A DNA stretch of 64,000 nt, taken from positions 11,718,001 to 11,782,000 of the forward strand of contig OZ024741.1 of the NCBI GenBank assembly GCA_964016885.1, given 5' to 3'. Numbering within the stretch: the first letter of the stretch is position 1; each line of letters opens with the position of its first letter. Of this stretch, positions 42,901 to 57,470 are shown in pieces. The notes beneath the pieces are model-generated. The model was not told where the DNA came from, did not search any database, and saw only the letters and a list, made by a program, of their open reading frames with translations. Source of the DNA: Eledone cirrhosa. Its lineage: Eukaryota. The translations under genes and the position numbers were made by a program.

Positions 42901-45900
42901 GTGTCACTATATGTATGTGTCTGTGACACTATATGTATGTCTCTGTGTCACTATATGTATGTGTCTGTGTCACTATATGTATGTGTCTGTGTCACTATAT
43001 ATATGTGTCTGTGTCACTATATGTATGTGTCTCTGTCACTATATGTATGTGTCTGTGTCACTATATGTATGTGTCTGTGTCATTATATGTATGTGTCTGT
43101 GTCACTATATGTATGTGTCTGTGTCACTATATGTATGTGTCTGTCACTATATGTATGTGTCTGTGTCACTGTATATATGTGTCTGTGTCACTATATTTAT
43201 GTGTCTGTGTCACTGTATGTATGTGTCTGTGTCACTGTATGTATGTGTCTGTGTCACTATATGTATGTCTGCGTCACTATATGTTTGTGTGTCTGTGTCA
43301 CTATATGTATGTGTCTGTGTTACTATATATATGTCTCTGTGTCACTGTATGTATGTGTCTGTGTCACTGTATGTATGTGTCTGTGTCACTATATGTATGT
43401 GTCTGTGTTACTATATATATGTCTCTGTGTCACTGTATGTATGTGTCTGTGTCACTGTATGTATGTGTCTGTGTCACTATATGTATGTGTCTGTGTCACT
43501 ATATGTATGTGTCTGTGTCACTGTATGTATGTGTCTGTGTCACTATATGTATGTCTGTGTCACTATATGTTTGTGTGTCTGTGTCACTATATGTATGTGT
43601 CTGTGTCACTATATATATGTCTCTGTGTCACTGTATGTATGTGTCTGTGTCACTGTATGTATGTGTCTGTGTCACTATATGTATGTGTCTGTGTCACTAT
43701 ATGTATGTCTCTGTGTCACTGTATGTATGTGTCTGTGTCACTATATGTATGTGTCTGTGTCACTATATGTATGTGTCTGTGTCACTATATGTATGTCTCT
43801 GTGTCACTATATGTATGTCTCTGTGTCACTGTATGTATGTGTCTGTGTCACTATATGTATGTGTCTGTGTCACTGTATGTATGTCTCTGTGTCACTATAT
43901 GTATGTGTCTGTGTCACTATATGTATGTGTCTGTGTCACTATATGTATGTCTCTGTGTCTCTATATGTATGTCTCTGTGTCACTGTATGTATGTGTCTGT
44001 GTCACTATATGTATGTGTCTGTGTCACTGTATGTATGTCTCTGTGTCACTATATGTATGTGTCTGTGTCACTGTATGTATGTGTCTGTGTCATTATATGT
44101 ATGTGTCTGTGTCACTATATGTATCTGTCTGTGTCACTACATGTATGTGTCTGTGTCACTATATGTATGTGTCTGTATCACTGTATGTATGTGTCTGTGT
44201 CACTATATGTATGTCTCTGTGTCACTATATGTATGTGTCTCTGTCACTATATGTATGTGTCTGTGTCACTATATGTATGAGTCTGTGTCACTATATGTAT
44301 GTGTCTGTGTCACTGTATGTATGTGTCTGTGTCACTATATGTATGTGTCTGTGTCACTATATGTATGTGTCTGTGTACTATATGTATGTGTCTGTGTCAC
44401 TATATGTATGTCTCTGTGTCACTATATGTATGTGTCTGTGTCACTATATGTATGTGTCTGTGTCACTGTATATATGTGTCTGTGTCATTATATTTATGTG
44501 TCTGTGTCACTGTATGTATGTGTCTGTGTCACTGTATGTATGTGTCTGTGTCACTAAATGTATGTCTGTGTCACTATATGTCTGTGTGTCTGTGTCACTA
44601 TATGTATGTGTCTGTGTCACTATATGTATGTGTCTGTGTCACTATATGTATGTGTCTGTGACACTATATGTATGTCTCTGTGTCACTATATGTATGTGTC
44701 TGTGTCACTATATGTATGTGTCTGTGTCACTATATATATGTGTCTGTGTCACTATATGTATGTGTCTCTGTCACTATATGTATGTGTCTGTGTCACTATA
44801 TGTATGTGTCTGTGTCATTATATGTATGTGTCTGTGTCACTATATGTATGTGTCTGTGTCACTATATGTATGTGTCTTTGTCACTATATGTATGTGTCTG
44901 TGTCACTATATGTATGTCTCTGCCACTATATGTATGTGTCTGTGTCACTATATGTATGTGTCTCTGTCACTATATGTATGTGTCTGTGTCACTATATGTA
45001 TGTGTCTGTGTCACTATATGTTTGTGTCTGTGTCACTATATGTATGTGTCTGTGTCACTATATGTATGTGTCTGTGTCACTGTATGTATGTGTCTGTGTC
45101 ACTATATGTATGTGTCTGTATCACTGTATGTATGTGTCTGTGTCACTATATGTATGTCTCTGTGTCACTATATGTATGTGTCTCTGTCACTATATGTATG
45201 TGTCTGTGTCACTATATGTATGTGTCTGTGTCACTATATGTATGTGTCTGTGTCACTGTATGTATGTGTCTGTGTCACTATATGTATGTGTCTGTGTCAC
45301 TATATGTATGTGTCTGTGTCACTATATGTATGTGTCTGTGTCACTATATGTATGTCTCTGTGTCACTATATGTATGTGTCTGTGTCACTATATGTATGTG
45401 TCTGTGTCACTATATATATGTGTCTGTGTCATTATATTTATTTGTCTGTGTCACTGTATGTATGTGTCTGTGACACTGTATGTATGTGTCTGTGTCACTA
45501 AATGTATGTCTGTGTCACTATATGTTTGTGTGTCTGTGTCACTATATGTATGTGTCTGTGTCACTATATGTATGTGTCTGTGTCACTATATGTATGTGTC
45601 TGTGACACTATATGTATGTCTCTGTGTCACTATATGTATGTGTCTGTGTCACTATATGTATGTGTCTGTGTCACTATATATATGTGTCTGTGTCACTATA
45701 TGTATGTGTCTCTGTCACTATATGTATGTGTCTGTGTCACTATATGTATGTGTCTGTGTCATTATATGTATGTGTCTGTGTCACTATATGTATGTGTCTG
45801 TGTCACTATATGTATGTGTCTGTCACTATATGTATGTGTCTGTGTCACTGTATATATGTGTCTGTGTCACTATATTTATGTGTCTGTGTCACTGTATGTA

Positions 45901-48900
45901 TGTGTCTGTGTCACTGTATGTATGTGTCTGTGTCACTATATGTATGTCTGCGTCACTATATGTTTGTGTGTCTGTGTCACTATATGTATGTGTCTGTGTT
46001 ACTATATATATGTCTCTGTGTCACTGTATGTATGTGTCTGTGTCACTGTATGTATGTGTCTGTGTCACTATATGTATGTGTCTGTGTTACTATATATATG
46101 TCTCTGTGTCACTGTATGTATGTGTCTGTGTCACTGTATGTATGTGTCTGTGTCACTATATGTATGTGTCTGTGTCACTATATGTATGTGTCTGTGTCAC
46201 TGTATGTATGTGTCTGTGTCACTATATGTATGTCTGTGTCACTATATGTTTGTGTGTCTGTGTCACTATATGTATGTGTCTGTGTCACTATATATATGTC
46301 TCTGTGTCACTGTATGTATGTGTCTGTGTCACTGTATGTATGTGTCTGTGTCACTATATGTATGTGTCTGTGTCACTATATGTATGTCTCTGTGTCACTG
46401 TATGTATGTGTCTGTGTCACTATATGTATGTGTCTGTGTCACTATATGTATGTGTCTGTGTCACTATATGTATGTCTCTGTGTCACTATATGTATGTCTC
46501 TGTGTCACTGTATGTATGTGTCTGTGTCACTATATGTATGTGTCTGTGTCACTGTATGTATGTCTCTGTGTCACTATATGTATGTGTCTGTGTCACTATA
46601 TGTATGTGTCTGTGTCACTATATGTATGTCTCTGTGTCTCTATATGTATGTCTCTGTGTCACTGTATGTATGTGTCTGTGTCACTATATGTATGTGTCTG
46701 TGTCACTGTATGTATGTCTCTGTGTCACTATATGTATGTGTCTGTGTCACTGTATGTATGTGTCTGTGTCATTATATGTATGTGTCTGTGTCACTATATG
46801 TATCTGTCTGTGTCACTACATGTATGTGTCTGTGTCACTATATGTATGTGTCTGTATCACTGTATGTATGTGTCTGTGTCACTATATGTATGTCTCTGTG
46901 TCACTATATGTATGTGTCTCTGTCACTATATGTATGTGTCTGTGTCACTATATGTATGAGTCTGTGTCACTATATGTATGTGTCTGTGTCACTGTATGTA
47001 TGTGTCTGTGTCACTATATGTATGTGTCTGTGTCACTATATGTATGTGTCTGTGTACTATATGTATGTGTCTGTGTCACTATATGTATGTCTCTGTGTCA
47101 CTATATGTATGTGTCTGTGTCACTATATGTATGTGTCTGTGTCACTGTATATATGTGTCTGTGTCATTATATTTATGTGTCTGTGTCACTGTATGTATGT
47201 GTCTGTGTCACTGTATGTATGTGTCTGTGTCACTAAATGTATGTCTGTGTCACTATATGTTTGTGTGTCTGTGTCACTATATGTATGTGTCTGTGTCACT
47301 ATATGTATGTGTCTGTGTCACTATATGTATGTGTCTGTGACACTATATGTATGTCTCTGTGTCACTATATGTATGTGTCTGTGTCTGTGTCACTATATGT
47401 ATGTGTCTGTGTCACTATATATATGTGTCTGTGTCACTATATATATGTGTCTCTGTCACTATATGTATGTGTCTGTGTCACTATATGTATGTGTCTGTGT
47501 CATTATATGTATGTGTCTGTGTCACTATATGTATGTGTCTGTGTCACTATATGTATGTGTCTTTGTCACTATATGTATGTGTCTGTGTCACTATATGTAT
47601 GTCTCTGCCACTATATGTATGTGTCTGTGTCACTATATGTATGTGTCTCTGTCACTATATGTATGTGTCTGTGTCACTATATGTATGTGTCTGTGTCACT
47701 ATATGTTTGTGTCTGTGTCACTATATGTATGTGTCTGTGTCACTATATGTATGTGTCTGTGTCACTGTATGTATGTGTCTGTGTCACTATATGTATGTGT
47801 CTGTGTCACTATATGTATGTGTCTGTGTCACTATATGTATGTGTCTGTGTCACTGTATGTATGTGTCTGTGTCACTATATGTATGTGTCTGTGTCACTAT
47901 ATGTATGTGTCTGTGTCACTGTATGTATGTGCCTGTGTCACTGTATGTATGTGTCTGTGTCACTCTATGTATGTGTCTGTGTCACTATATGTATGTGTCT
48001 GTCACTATATGTATGTGTCTGTGTCACTGTATATGTGTGTCTGTGTCACTATATTTATGTGTCTGTGTCACTGTATGTATGTGTCTGTGTCACTGTATGT
48101 ATGTGTCTGTGTCACTATATGTATGTGTCTGTGTCACTATATGTATGTCTGTGTCACTATATGTTTGTGTGTCTGTGTCACTATATGTATGTGTCTGTGT
48201 TACTATATATATGTCTCTGTGTCACTGTATGTATGTGTCTGTGTCACTGTATGTATGTGTCTGTGTCACTATATGTATGTGTCTGTGTTACTATATATAT
48301 GTCTCTGTGTCACTGTATGTATGTGTCTGTGTCACTGTATGTATGTGTCTGTGTCACTATATGTATGTGTCTGTGTCACTATATGTATGTGTCTGTGTCA
48401 CTGTATGTATGTGTCTGTGTCACTATATGTATGGCTGTGTCACTATATGTTTGTGTGTCTGTGTCACTATATGTATGTGTCTGTGTCACTATATATATGT
48501 CTCTGTGTCACTGTATGTATGTGTCTGTGTCACTGTATGTATGTGTCTGTGTCACTATATGTATGTGTCTGTGTCACTATATGTATGTCTCTGTGTCACT
48601 GTATGTATGTGTCTGTGTCACTATATGTATGTGTCTGTGTCACTATATGTATGTGTCTGTGTCACTATATGTATGTCTCTGTGTCACTATATGTATGTCT
48701 CTGTGTCACTGTATGTATGTGTCTGTGTCACTATATGTATGTGTCTGTGTCACTGTATGTATGTCTCTGTGTCACTATATGTATGTGTCTGTGTCACTAT
48801 ATGTATGTGTCTGTGTCACTATATGTATGTCTCTGTGTCACTATATGTATGTCTCTGTGTCACTGTATGTATGTGTCTGTGTCACTATATGTATGTGTCT

Positions 48901-51900
48901 GTGTCACTGTATGTATGTCTCTGTGTCACTATATGTATGTGTCTGTGTCACTGTATGTATGTGTCTGTGTCATTATATGTATGTGTCTGTGTCACTATAT
49001 GTATCTGTCTGTGTCACTACATGTATGTGTCTGTGTCACTATATGTATGTGTCTGTGTCACTATATGTATGTGTCTGTGTCACTATATGTATGTGTCTGT
49101 GTCACTATATGTATGTGTCTGTGTCACTGTATGTATGTGTCTGTGTCACTATATGTATGTGTCTGTGTCACTGTATGTATGTGTCTGTGTCACTATATGT
49201 ATGTGTCTGTGTCACTATATGTATGTGTCTGTGTCACTATATGTATGTGTCTGTGTCACTATATGTATGTCTCTGTGTCACTATATGTATGTGTCTGTGT
49301 CACTATATGTATGTGTCTGTGTCACTGTATATATGTGTCTGTGTCATTATATTTATGTGTCTGTGTCACTGTATGTATGTGTCTGTGTCACTGTATGTAT
49401 GTGTCTGTGTCACTAAATGTATGTCTGTGTCACTATATGTTTGTGTGTCTGTGTCACTATATGTATGTGTCTGTGTCACTATATGTATGTGTCTGTGTCA
49501 CTATATGTATGTGTCTGTGACACTATATGTATGTCTCTGTGTCACTATATGTATGTGTCTGTGTCACTATATGTATGTGTCTGTGTCACTATATATATAT
49601 GTGTCTGTGTCACTATATGTATGTGTCTCTGTCACTATATGTATGTGTCTGTGTCACTATATGTATGTGTCTGTGTCATTATATGTATGTGTCTGTGTCA
49701 CTATATGTATGTGTCGGTGTCACTATATGTATGTGTCTTTGTCACTATATGTATGTGTCTGTGTCACTATATGTATGTCTCTGTCACTATATGTATGTGT
49801 CTGTGTCACTATATGTATGTGTCTCTGTCACTATATGTATGTGTCTGTGTCACTATATGTATGTGTCTGTGTCACTATATGTTTGTGTCTGTGTCACTAT
49901 ATGTATGTGTCTGTGTCACTATATGTATGTGTCTGTGTCACTGTATGTATGTGTCTGTGTCACTATATGTATGTGTCTGTGTCACTATATGTATGTGTCT
50001 GTGTCACTATATGTATGTGTCTGTGTCACTGTATGTATGTGTCTGTGTCACTATATGTATGTGTCTGTGTCACTATATGTATGTGTCTGTGTCACTGTAT
50101 GTATGTGCCTGTGTCACTGTATGTATGTGTCTGTGTCACTATATGTATGTGTCTGTGTCACTATATGTATGTGTCTGTCACTATATGTATGTGTCTGTGT
50201 CACTGTATATATGTGTCTGTGTCACTATATTTATGTGTCTGTGTCACTGTATGTATGTGTCTGTGTCACTGTATGTATGTGTCTGTGTCACTATATGTAT
50301 GTGTCTGTGTCACTATATGTATGTCTGTGTCACTATATGTTTGTGTGTCTGTGTCACTATATGTATGTGTCTGTGTTACTATATATATGTCTCTGTGTCA
50401 CTGTATGTATGTGTCTGTGTCACTGTATGTATGTGTCTGTGTCACTATATGTATGTGTCTGTGTTACTATATATATGTCTCTGTGTCACTGTATGTATGT
50501 GTCTGTGTCACTGTATGTATGTGTCTGTGTCACTATATGTATGTGTCTGTGTCACTATATGTATGTGTCTGTGTCACTGTATGTATGTGTCTGTGTCACT
50601 ATATGTATGTCTGTGTCACTATATGTTTGTGTGTCTGTGTCACTATATGTATGTGTCTGTGTCACTATATATATGTCTCTGTGTCACTGTATGTATGTGT
50701 CTGTGTCACTGTATGTATGTGTCTGTGTCACTATATGTATGTGTCTGTGTCACTATATGTATGTCTCTGTGTCACTGTATGTATGTGTCTGTGTCACTAT
50801 ATGTATGTGTCTGTGTCACTATATGTAAGTGTCTGTGTCACTATATGTATGTCTCTGTGTCACTATATGTATGTCTCTGTGTCACTGTATGTATGTGTCT
50901 GTGTCACTATATGTATGTGTCTGTGTCACTGTATGTATGTCTCTGTGTCACTATATGTATGTGTCTGTGTCACTATATGTATGTGTCTGTGTCACTATAT
51001 GTATGTCTCTGTGTCACTATATGTATGTCTCTGTGTCACTGTATGTATGTGTCTGTGTCACTATATGTATGTGTCTGTGTCACTGTATGTATGTCTCTGT
51101 GTCACTATATGTATGTGTCTGTGTCACTGTATGTATGTGTCTGTGTCATTATATGTATGTGTCTGTGTCACTATATGTATCTGTCTGTGTCACTACATGT
51201 ATGTGTCTGTGTCACTATATGTATGTGTCTGTGTCACTATATGTATGTGTCTGTGTCACTATATGTATGTGTCTGTGTCACTATATGTATGTGTCTGTGT
51301 CACTATATGTATGTGTCTGTGTCACTATATGTATGTGTCTGTGTCACTATATGTATGTGTCTGTGTCACTATATGTATGTGTCTGTATCACTGTATGTAT
51401 GTGTCTGTGTCACTATATGTATGTCTCTGTGTCACTATATGTATGTGTCTCTGTCACTATATGTATGTGTCTGTGTCACTATATGTATGTGTCTGTGTCA
51501 CTATATGTATGTGTCTGTGTCACTGTATGTATGTGTCTGTGTCACTATATGTATGTGTCTGTGTCACTATATGTATGTGTCTGTGTCACTATATGTATGT
51601 GTCTGTGTCACTATATGTATGTCTCTGTGTCACTATATGTATGTGTCTGTGTCACTATATGTATGTGTCTGTGTCACTATATATATGTGTCTGTGTCATT
51701 ATATTTATGTGTCTGTGTCACTGTATGTATGTGTCTGTGACACTGTATGTATGTGTCTGTGTCACTAAATGTATGTCTGTGTCACTATATGTTTGTGTGT
51801 CTGTGTCACTATATGTATGTGTCTGTGTCACTATATGTATGTGTCTGTGTCACTATATGTATGTGTCTGTGACACTATATGTATGTCTCTGTGTCACTAT

Positions 51901-54900
51901 ATGTATGTGTCTGTGTCACTATATGTATGTGTCTGTGTCACTATATATATGTGTCTGTGTCACTATATGTATGTGTCTCTGTCACTATATGTATGTGTCT
52001 GTGTCACTATATGTATGTGTCTGTGTCATTATATGTATGTGTCTGTGTCACTATATGTATGTGTCTGTGTCACTATATGTATGTGTCTGTCACTATATGT
52101 ATGTGTCTGTGTCACTGTATATATGTGTCTGTGTCACTATATTTATGTGTCTGTGTCACTGTATGTATGTGTCTGTGTCACTGTATGTATGTGTCTGTGT
52201 CACTATATGTATGTGTCTGTGTCACTATATGTATGTCTGCGTCACTATATGTTTGTGTGTCTGTGTCACTATATGTATGTGTCTGTGTTACTATATATAT
52301 GTCTCTGTGTCACTGTATGTATGTGTCTGTGTCACTGTATGTATGTGTCTGTGTCACTATATGTATGTGTCTGTGTTACTATATATATGTCTCTGTGTCA
52401 CTGTATGTATGTGTCTGTGTCACTGTATGTATGTGTCTGTGTCACTATATGTATGTGTCTGTGTCACTATATGTATGTGTCTGTGTCACTGTATGTATGT
52501 GTCTGTGTCACTATATGTATGTCTGTGTCACTATATGTTTGTGTGTCTGTGTCACTATATGTATGTGTCTGTGTCACTATATATATGTCTCTGTGTCACT
52601 GTATGTATGTGTCTGTGTCACTGTATGTATGTGTCTGTGTCACTATATGTATGTGTCTGTGTCACTATATGTATGTCTCTGTGTCACTGTATGTATGTGT
52701 CTGTGTCACTATATGTATGTGTCTGTGTCACTATATGTATGTGTCTGTGTCACTATATGTATGTCTCTGTGTCACTATATGTATGTCTCTGTGTCACTGT
52801 ATGTATGTGTCTGTGTCACTATATGTATGTGTCTGTGTCACTGTATGTATGTCTCTGTGTCACTATATGTATGTGTCTGTGTCACTATATGTATGTGTCT
52901 GTGTCACTATATGTATGTCTCTGTGTCTCTATATGTATGTCTCTGTGTCACTGTATGTATGTGTCTGTGTCACTATATGTATGTGTCTGTGTCACTGTAT
53001 GTATGTCTCTGTGTCACTATATGTATGTGTCTGTGTCACTGTATGTATGTGTCTGTGTCATTATATGTATGTGTCTGTGTCACTATATGTATCTGTCTGT
53101 GTCACTACATGTATGTGTCTGTGTCACTATATGTATGTGTCTGTATCACTGTATGTATGTGTCTGTGTCACTATATGTATGTCTCTGTGTCACTATATGT
53201 ATGTGTCTCTGTCACTATATGTATGTGTCTGTGTCACTATATGTATGAGTCTGTGTCACTATATGTATGTGTCTGTGTCACTGTATGTATGTGTCTGTGT
53301 CACTATATGTATGTGTCTGTGTCACTATATGTATGTGTCTGTGTACTATATGTATGTGTCTGTGTCACTATATGTATGTCTCTGTGTCACTATATGTATG
53401 TGTCTGTGTCACTATATGTATGTGTCTGTGTCACTGTATATATGTGTCTGTGTCATTATATTTATGTGTCTGTGTCACTGTATGTATGTGTCTGTGTCAC
53501 TGTATGTATGTGTCTGTGTCACTAAATGTATGTCTGTGTCACTATATGTTTGTGTGTCTGTGTCACTATATGTATGTGTCTGTGTCACTATATGTATGTG
53601 TCTGTGTCACTATATGTATGTGTCTGTGACACTATATGTATGTCTCTGTGTCACTATATGTATGTGTCTGTGTCTGTGTCACTATATGTATGTGTCTGTG
53701 TCACTATATATATGTGTCTGTGTCACTATATGTATGTGTCTCTGTCACTATATGTATGTGTCTGTGTCACTATATGTATGTGTCTGTGTCATTATATGTA
53801 TGTGTCTGTGTCACTATATGTATGTGTCTGTGTCACTATATGTATGTGTCTTTGTCACTATATGTATGTGTCTGTGTCACTATATGTATGTCTCTGCCAC
53901 TATATGTATGTGTCTGTGTCACTATATGTATGTGTCTCTGTCACTATATGTATGTGTCTGTGTCACTATATGTATGTGTCTGTGTCACTATATGTTTGTG
54001 TCTGTGTCACTATATGTATGTGTCTGTGTCACTATATGTATGTGTCTGTGTCACTGTATGTATGTGTCTGTGTCACTATATGTATGTGTCTGTGTCACTA
54101 TATGTATGTGTCTGTGTCACTATATGTATGTGTCTGTGTCACTGTATGTATGTGTCTGTGTCACTATATGTATGTGTCTGTGTCACTATATGTATGTGTC
54201 TGTGTCACTGTATGTATGTGCCTGTGTCACTGTATGTATGTGTCTGTGTCACTATATGTATGTGTCTGTGTCACTATATGTATGTGTCTGTCACTATATG
54301 TATGTGTCTGTGTCACTGTATATGTGTGTCTGTGTCACTATATTTATGTGTCTGTGTCACTGTATGTATGTGTCTGTGTCACTGTATGTATGTGTCTGTG
54401 TCACTATATGTATGTGTCTGTGTCACTATATGTATGTCTGTGTCACTATATGTTTGTGTGTCTGTGTCACTATATGTATGTGTCTGTGTTACTATATATA
54501 TGTCTCTGTGTCACTGTATGTATGTGTCTGTGTCACTGTATGTATGTGTCTGTGTCACTATATGTATGTGTCTGTGTTACTATATATATGTCTCTGTGTC
54601 ACTGTATGTATGTGTCTGTGTCACTGTATGTATGTGTCTGTGTCACTATATGTATGTGTCTGTGTCACTATATGTATGTGTCTGTGTCACTGTATGTATG
54701 TGTCTGTGTCACTATATGTATGGCTGTGTCACTATATGTTTGTGTGTCTGTGTCACTATATGTATGTGTCTGTGTCACTATATATATGTCTCTGTGTCAC
54801 TGTATGTATGTGTCTGTGTCACTGTATGTATGTGTCTGTGTCACTATATGTATGTGTCTGTGTCACTATATGTATGTCTCTGTGTCACTGTATGTATGTG

Positions 54901-57470
54901 TCTGTGTCACTATATGTATGTGTCTGTGTCACTATATGTATGTGTCTGTGTCACTATATGTATGTCTCTGTGTCACTATATGTATGTCTCTGTGTCACTG
55001 TATGTATGTGTCTGTGTCACTATATGTATGTGTCTGTGTCACTGTATGTATGTCTCTGTGTCACTATATGTATGTGTCTGTGTCACTATATGTATGTGTC
55101 TGTGTCACTATATGTATGTCTCTGTGTCACTATATGTATGTCTCTGTGTCACTGTATGTATGTGTCTGTGTCACTATATGTATGTGTCTGTGTCACTGTA
55201 TGTATGTCTCTGTGTCACTATATGTATGTGTCTGTGTCACTGTATGTATGTGTCTGTGTCATTATATGTATGTGTCTGTGTCACTATATGTATCTGTCTG
55301 TGTCACTACATGTATGTGTCTGTGTCACTATATGTATGTGTCTGTGTCACTATATGTATGTGTCTGTGTCACTATATGTATGTGTCTGTGTCACTATATG
55401 TATGTGTCTGTGTCACTGTATGTATGTGTCTGTGTCACTATATGTATGTGTCTGTGTCACTGTATGTATGTGTCTGTGTCACTATATGTATGTGTCTGTG
55501 TCACTATATGTATGTGTCTGTGTCACTATATGTATGTGTCTGTGTCACTATATGTATGTCTCTGTGTCACTATATGTATGTGTCTGTGTCACTATATGTA
55601 TGTGTCTGTGTCACTGTATATATGTGTCTGTGTCATTATATTTATGTGTCTGTGTCACTGTATGTATGTGTCTGTGTCACTGTATGTATGTGTCTGTGTC
55701 ACTAAATGTATGTCTGTGTCACTATATGTTTGTGTGTCTGTGTCACTATATGTATGTGTCTGTGTCACTATATGTATGTGTCTGTGTCACTATATGTATG
55801 TGTCTGTGACACTATATGTATGTCTCTGTGTCACTATATGTATGTGTCTGTGTCACTATATGTATGTGTCTGTGTCACTATATATATATGTGTCTGTGTC
55901 ACTATATGTATGTGTCTCTGTCACTATATGTATGTGTCTGTGTCACTATATGTATGTGTCTGTGTCATTATATGTATGTGTCTGTGTCACTATATGTATG
56001 TGTCTGTGTCACTATATGTATGTGTCTTTGTCACTATATGTATGTGTCTGTGTCACTATATGTATGTCTCTGTCACTATATGTATGTGTCTGTGTCACTA
56101 TATGTATGTGTCTCTGTCACTATATGTATGTGTCTGTGTCACTATATGTATGTGTCTGTGTCACTATATGTTTGTGTCTGTGTCACTATATGTATGTGTC
56201 TGTGTCACTATATGTATGTGTCTGTGTCACTGTATGTATGTGTCTGTGTCACTATATGTATGTGTCTGTGTCACTATATGTATGTGTCTGTGTCACTATA
56301 TGTATGTGTCTGTGTCACTGTATGTATGTGTCTGTGTCACTATATGTATGTGTCTGTGTCACTATATGTATGTGTCTGTGTCACTGTATGTATGTGCCTG
56401 TGTCACTGTATGTATGTGTCTGTGTCACTATATGTATGTGTCTGTGTCACTATATGTATGTGTCTGTCACTATATGTATGTGTCTGTGTCACTGTATATA
56501 TGTGTCTGTGTCACTATATTTATGTGTCTGTGTCACTGTATGTATGTGTCTGTGTCACTGTATGTATGTGTCTGTGTCACTATATGTATGTGTCTGTGTC
56601 ACTATATGTATGTCTGTGTCACTATATGTTTGTGTGTCTGTGTCACTATATGTATGTGTCTGTGTTACTATATATATGTCTCTGTGTCACTGTATGTATG
56701 TGTCTGTGTCACTGTATGTATGTGTCTGTGTCACTATATGTATGTGTCTGTGTTACTATATATATGTCTCTGTGTCACTGTATGTATGTGTCTGTGTCAC
56801 TGTATGTATGTGTCTGTGTCACTATATGTATGTGTCTGTGTCACTATATGTATGTGTCTGTGTCACTGTATGTATGTGTCTGTGTCACTATATGTATGTC
56901 TGTGTCACTATATGTTTGTGTGTCTGTGTCACTATATGTATGTGTCTGTGTCACTATATATATGTCTCTGTGTCACTGTATGTATGTGTCTGTGTCACTG
57001 TATGTATGTGTCTGTGTCACTATATGTATGTGTCTGTGTCACTATATGTATGTCTCTGTGTCACTGTATGTATGTGTCTGTGTCACTATATGTATGTGTC
57101 TGTGTCACTATATGTATGTGTCTGTGTCACTATATGTATGTCTCTGTGTCACTATATGTATGTCTCTGTGTCACTGTATGTATGTGTCTGTGTCACTATA
57201 TGTATGTGTCTGTGTCACTGTATGTATGTCTCTGTGTCACTATATGTATGTGTCTGTGTCACTATATGTATGTGTCTGTGTCACTATATGTATGTCTCTG
57301 TGTCACTATATGTATGTCTCTGTGTCACTGTATGTATGTGTCTGTGTCACTATATGTATGTGTCTGTGTCACTGTATGTATGTCTCTGTGTCACTATATG
57401 TATGTGTCTGTGTCACTGTATGTATGTGTCTGTGTCATTATATGTATGTGTCTGTGTCACTATATGTATC
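36840..57470 (+). repeat. Higher-order repeat of about 6.27-6.29 kb, roughly 3 copies, with an extra 2679-bp internal duplication
   Basis: The GTGTACT deletion marker lies at about 38109, 44376, 47055 and 53344 (spacings 6267, 2679, 6289). TAA occurs at 40470/49416/55705 (8946 = 6267 + 2679, then 6289). Near-identical 120-aa, 689-aa and 783-aa ORFs recur in the ORF track. Confidence 0.88.
42410..47770 (+). repeat. Tandem duplication of a 2679-bp block nested in the 6.3-kb higher-order repeat
   Basis: The private variant ATTTATTTGTCT is seen only at about 42757 and 45436. TAA 42822/45501 and 44557/47236, and matching 485-aa ORFs 42823-44280 and 45502-46959, all show offset 2679. Confidence 0.9.
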
